Of a DNA stretch of 64,000 nt, positions 61,995 through 64,000 are shown piece after piece. The notes under the pieces were generated by a model. That model made no database searches. It was not told where the DNA came from and saw nothing but the letters and a program-made list of their open reading frames with translations. This stretch comes from Auanema rhodensis. Its lineage: Eukaryota > Animalia > Nematoda. Location: positions 15,686,001 to 15,750,000 of the forward strand of contig OZ059899.1 of the NCBI GenBank assembly GCA_964057225.1, written 5' to 3'. The stretch's first letter is position 1. Each line of letters opens with the position of its first letter. The translations under genes and the position numbers were made by a program.

Positions 61995-64000
61995 CTGGAA
62001 AAGAAGCTCATTATGAAAAGATAAACAAACATAAATCACTCGATCAATAAGAGATAGAGTATGAGTATCAACCAAATCAAGACATTACTCAACTATCCAG
62101 CTGGTTTACTTGCGTTCTTTGATTTTCCGCGAAAATTCAGGGCCAAACAAAAGAAAGATACGAAAGAGTAAGAAAAGAACATAGGAGTTTTAGGGCCAGA
62201 TCAAACGATATCGGGTATGATTTTATAAACAAGAAAAGCAAAATGAAAGAGTGACCAAGCAGTCTAGACAAAAATGAAAAAATCTTCAGGGAAGTCTGAA
62301 CAAACCAAGAATCAAGTCCAATTATTGAACCAGAAAAAAAAAGAAAAATCACTGTAAAATAGATTCGATAATCGACTTGGCCCACAAGTCAACCAAAAAG
62401 ATCTAATGTTAAAACCCATTAAGAACTTTTGAGCCATTCATATAATCACGGAATGCATACACACTCCACGATTGGAAAACTCTAAATGGAACAGGAAGAC
62501 GAAACAGTGGAGTCGCGTCCGTCAAAAACTGTCATATTATGAACGGATGGATGGAATCTCTAGAAGAGAAAGAGAAGGGGTGAGGAAGAGAGGAAACGAG
62601 GTGTCCGCGCGGGATAGTGAGAAGATACACAAAGCGAAGATAGACTGATCGAGAAGCAGACCATAAAACACCTACGGAAAATATATACGATGAGGTTGAG
62701 ACAGTCTTACAATCACAATTTGAATCTAGTTTTGCCGGCAAAGCGTGTGGTCCAACGTTATGAAGCATTGTTGCACGACAAGAAAAACAAATTTATCGTT
62801 TACCTATGGATGCACAACACTAGCAATGGAATGGTCGAGGACCCGTGTGACAAACCCTTCAGTCATTTAATCTGGTAATTAGCTACAATCCAAGCGGTAG
62901 ACAAAAAGGAAAATTGGAAGGCTCTGTAGTGACACTAGCAATTGATAGACACAGATGCGTAAAACTGTACAGAGCGATAAGAATCACTTCGACGAAAATG
63001 CGAACAGACCGACATAGACCTCCACATATATACAAACCCGCATGAATCAACAATGACGACGATCATATCGTCGTGGGTACGTTTTCCAACTTAAGAAGGA
63101 AATCGCTTCACAATTAACAAGGCAAATAAGGTTGAAGAAGATGCGAAGAAGCAAAAACTTTCTCCAGTTAACGAAGATGACTAGGGTTAGCAGAAGATTT
63201 CACACATTTTGCTGTCACGGTGTCCCATCTGGTGTACAGCAACCAGTGTGGACAGTGGTTTATAAGAAACACCAAAAATGGACGCGAGAGAGTAGCAACA
63301 ACCAGAACCATATCAAGAAACAAAACGACGTCGTAGTGGAAAACGTAACGGTAAATAGAGGAAATTCTTAAAACAAAAACTAAGAAGAACAGGATATAAG
63401 GCGTAATAGTGGAAGTAAATGGCAATGAAAAGAATCGATTCTGGTAGAACAGAGACCAGAAGGACTAAAAGATAGATGAACGATGACACAAGTAACAAAA
63501 ACCACAATCTTGGCTGACAGTGGATGATATGGCAGTTGGACAACCTCCCCCCGCTGATCGCGCAGGCTAAACTCCTCCGATAACCTTGAGACAAAGAGTC
63601 CAACAACCTAGAACCAGAGGCAAAGAGAGGAGGAGGAGAATAGCGACCCATAGCACCGAGGGCAGAAAAAAGACAAAGACGTGGCATTATCGGTGCTAAT
63701 GTCATTTGAATTCGTCCATCTTAACAAGCAACAAACGAAAGGCTCCAATAAAGGGCAGCCGAATCAACATTATGTTTTGTAATGAAAAACATCGTCATAT
63801 ATAAAATGTACTTGTTGTGCCCTGCCTTTTGATACAATAGATTTCGAATCAAAGACCGGTAAATATTGTAGTGCTGCTGTCTTGGACGATTACAGCCAAA
63901 AGTAAAATAAGTGCTTTATAAGGATTACACAATTATTTGGGCAAGCAGGGACCAGGAAAGCATGTGTGGTAAATTGCCATAAGGAGCGGAGAGCGGATAC

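Noticed and set aside
62000-64000. ORFs as 5' exons of the DLGAP-like gene
   Set aside because: Could not build a consistent in-frame splice path; left unannotated.

Overview
AT-rich nematode genomic DNA (introns of about 45-50 nt, TTTCAG-type acceptors, ATGs directly after apparent trans-splice sites). Seven host genes can be spliced by eye: an SLC13 Na+/dicarboxylate transporter (nac-1-like, minus, 7.4-11.0 kb), a 186-aa secreted helical protein (plus, 23.3-24.1 kb), sup-1 (plus, 43.1-45.3 kb), the insulin/IGF receptor daf-2 (minus, 47.9-55.1 kb), and a tight minus-strand cluster of a DLGAP/GKAP-domain gene, a Gemin8 homologue and an RPA43-like Pol I subunit (57.5-62 kb). Between the divergent transporter and secreted-protein genes is a rearranged 11-kb locus. 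Two near-identical 2-kb inverted arms (host DNA plus a Tc1-like end) enclose a decayed BEL/Pao retroelement whose RT/RNase H is replaced by locally copied fragments, yet which keeps an open 3' ORF with a second zinc-knuckle cluster. Other points of note: an in-frame 180-nt cassette exon at the daf-2 'exon 11.5' position, a tyrosine-free daf-2 tail, a uORF at the daf-2 start, a GC-rich structured intron in the RPA43-like gene, and ACGTG motif clusters. All calls come from manual reading and recalled family motifs; no alignment, folding or database search was run.
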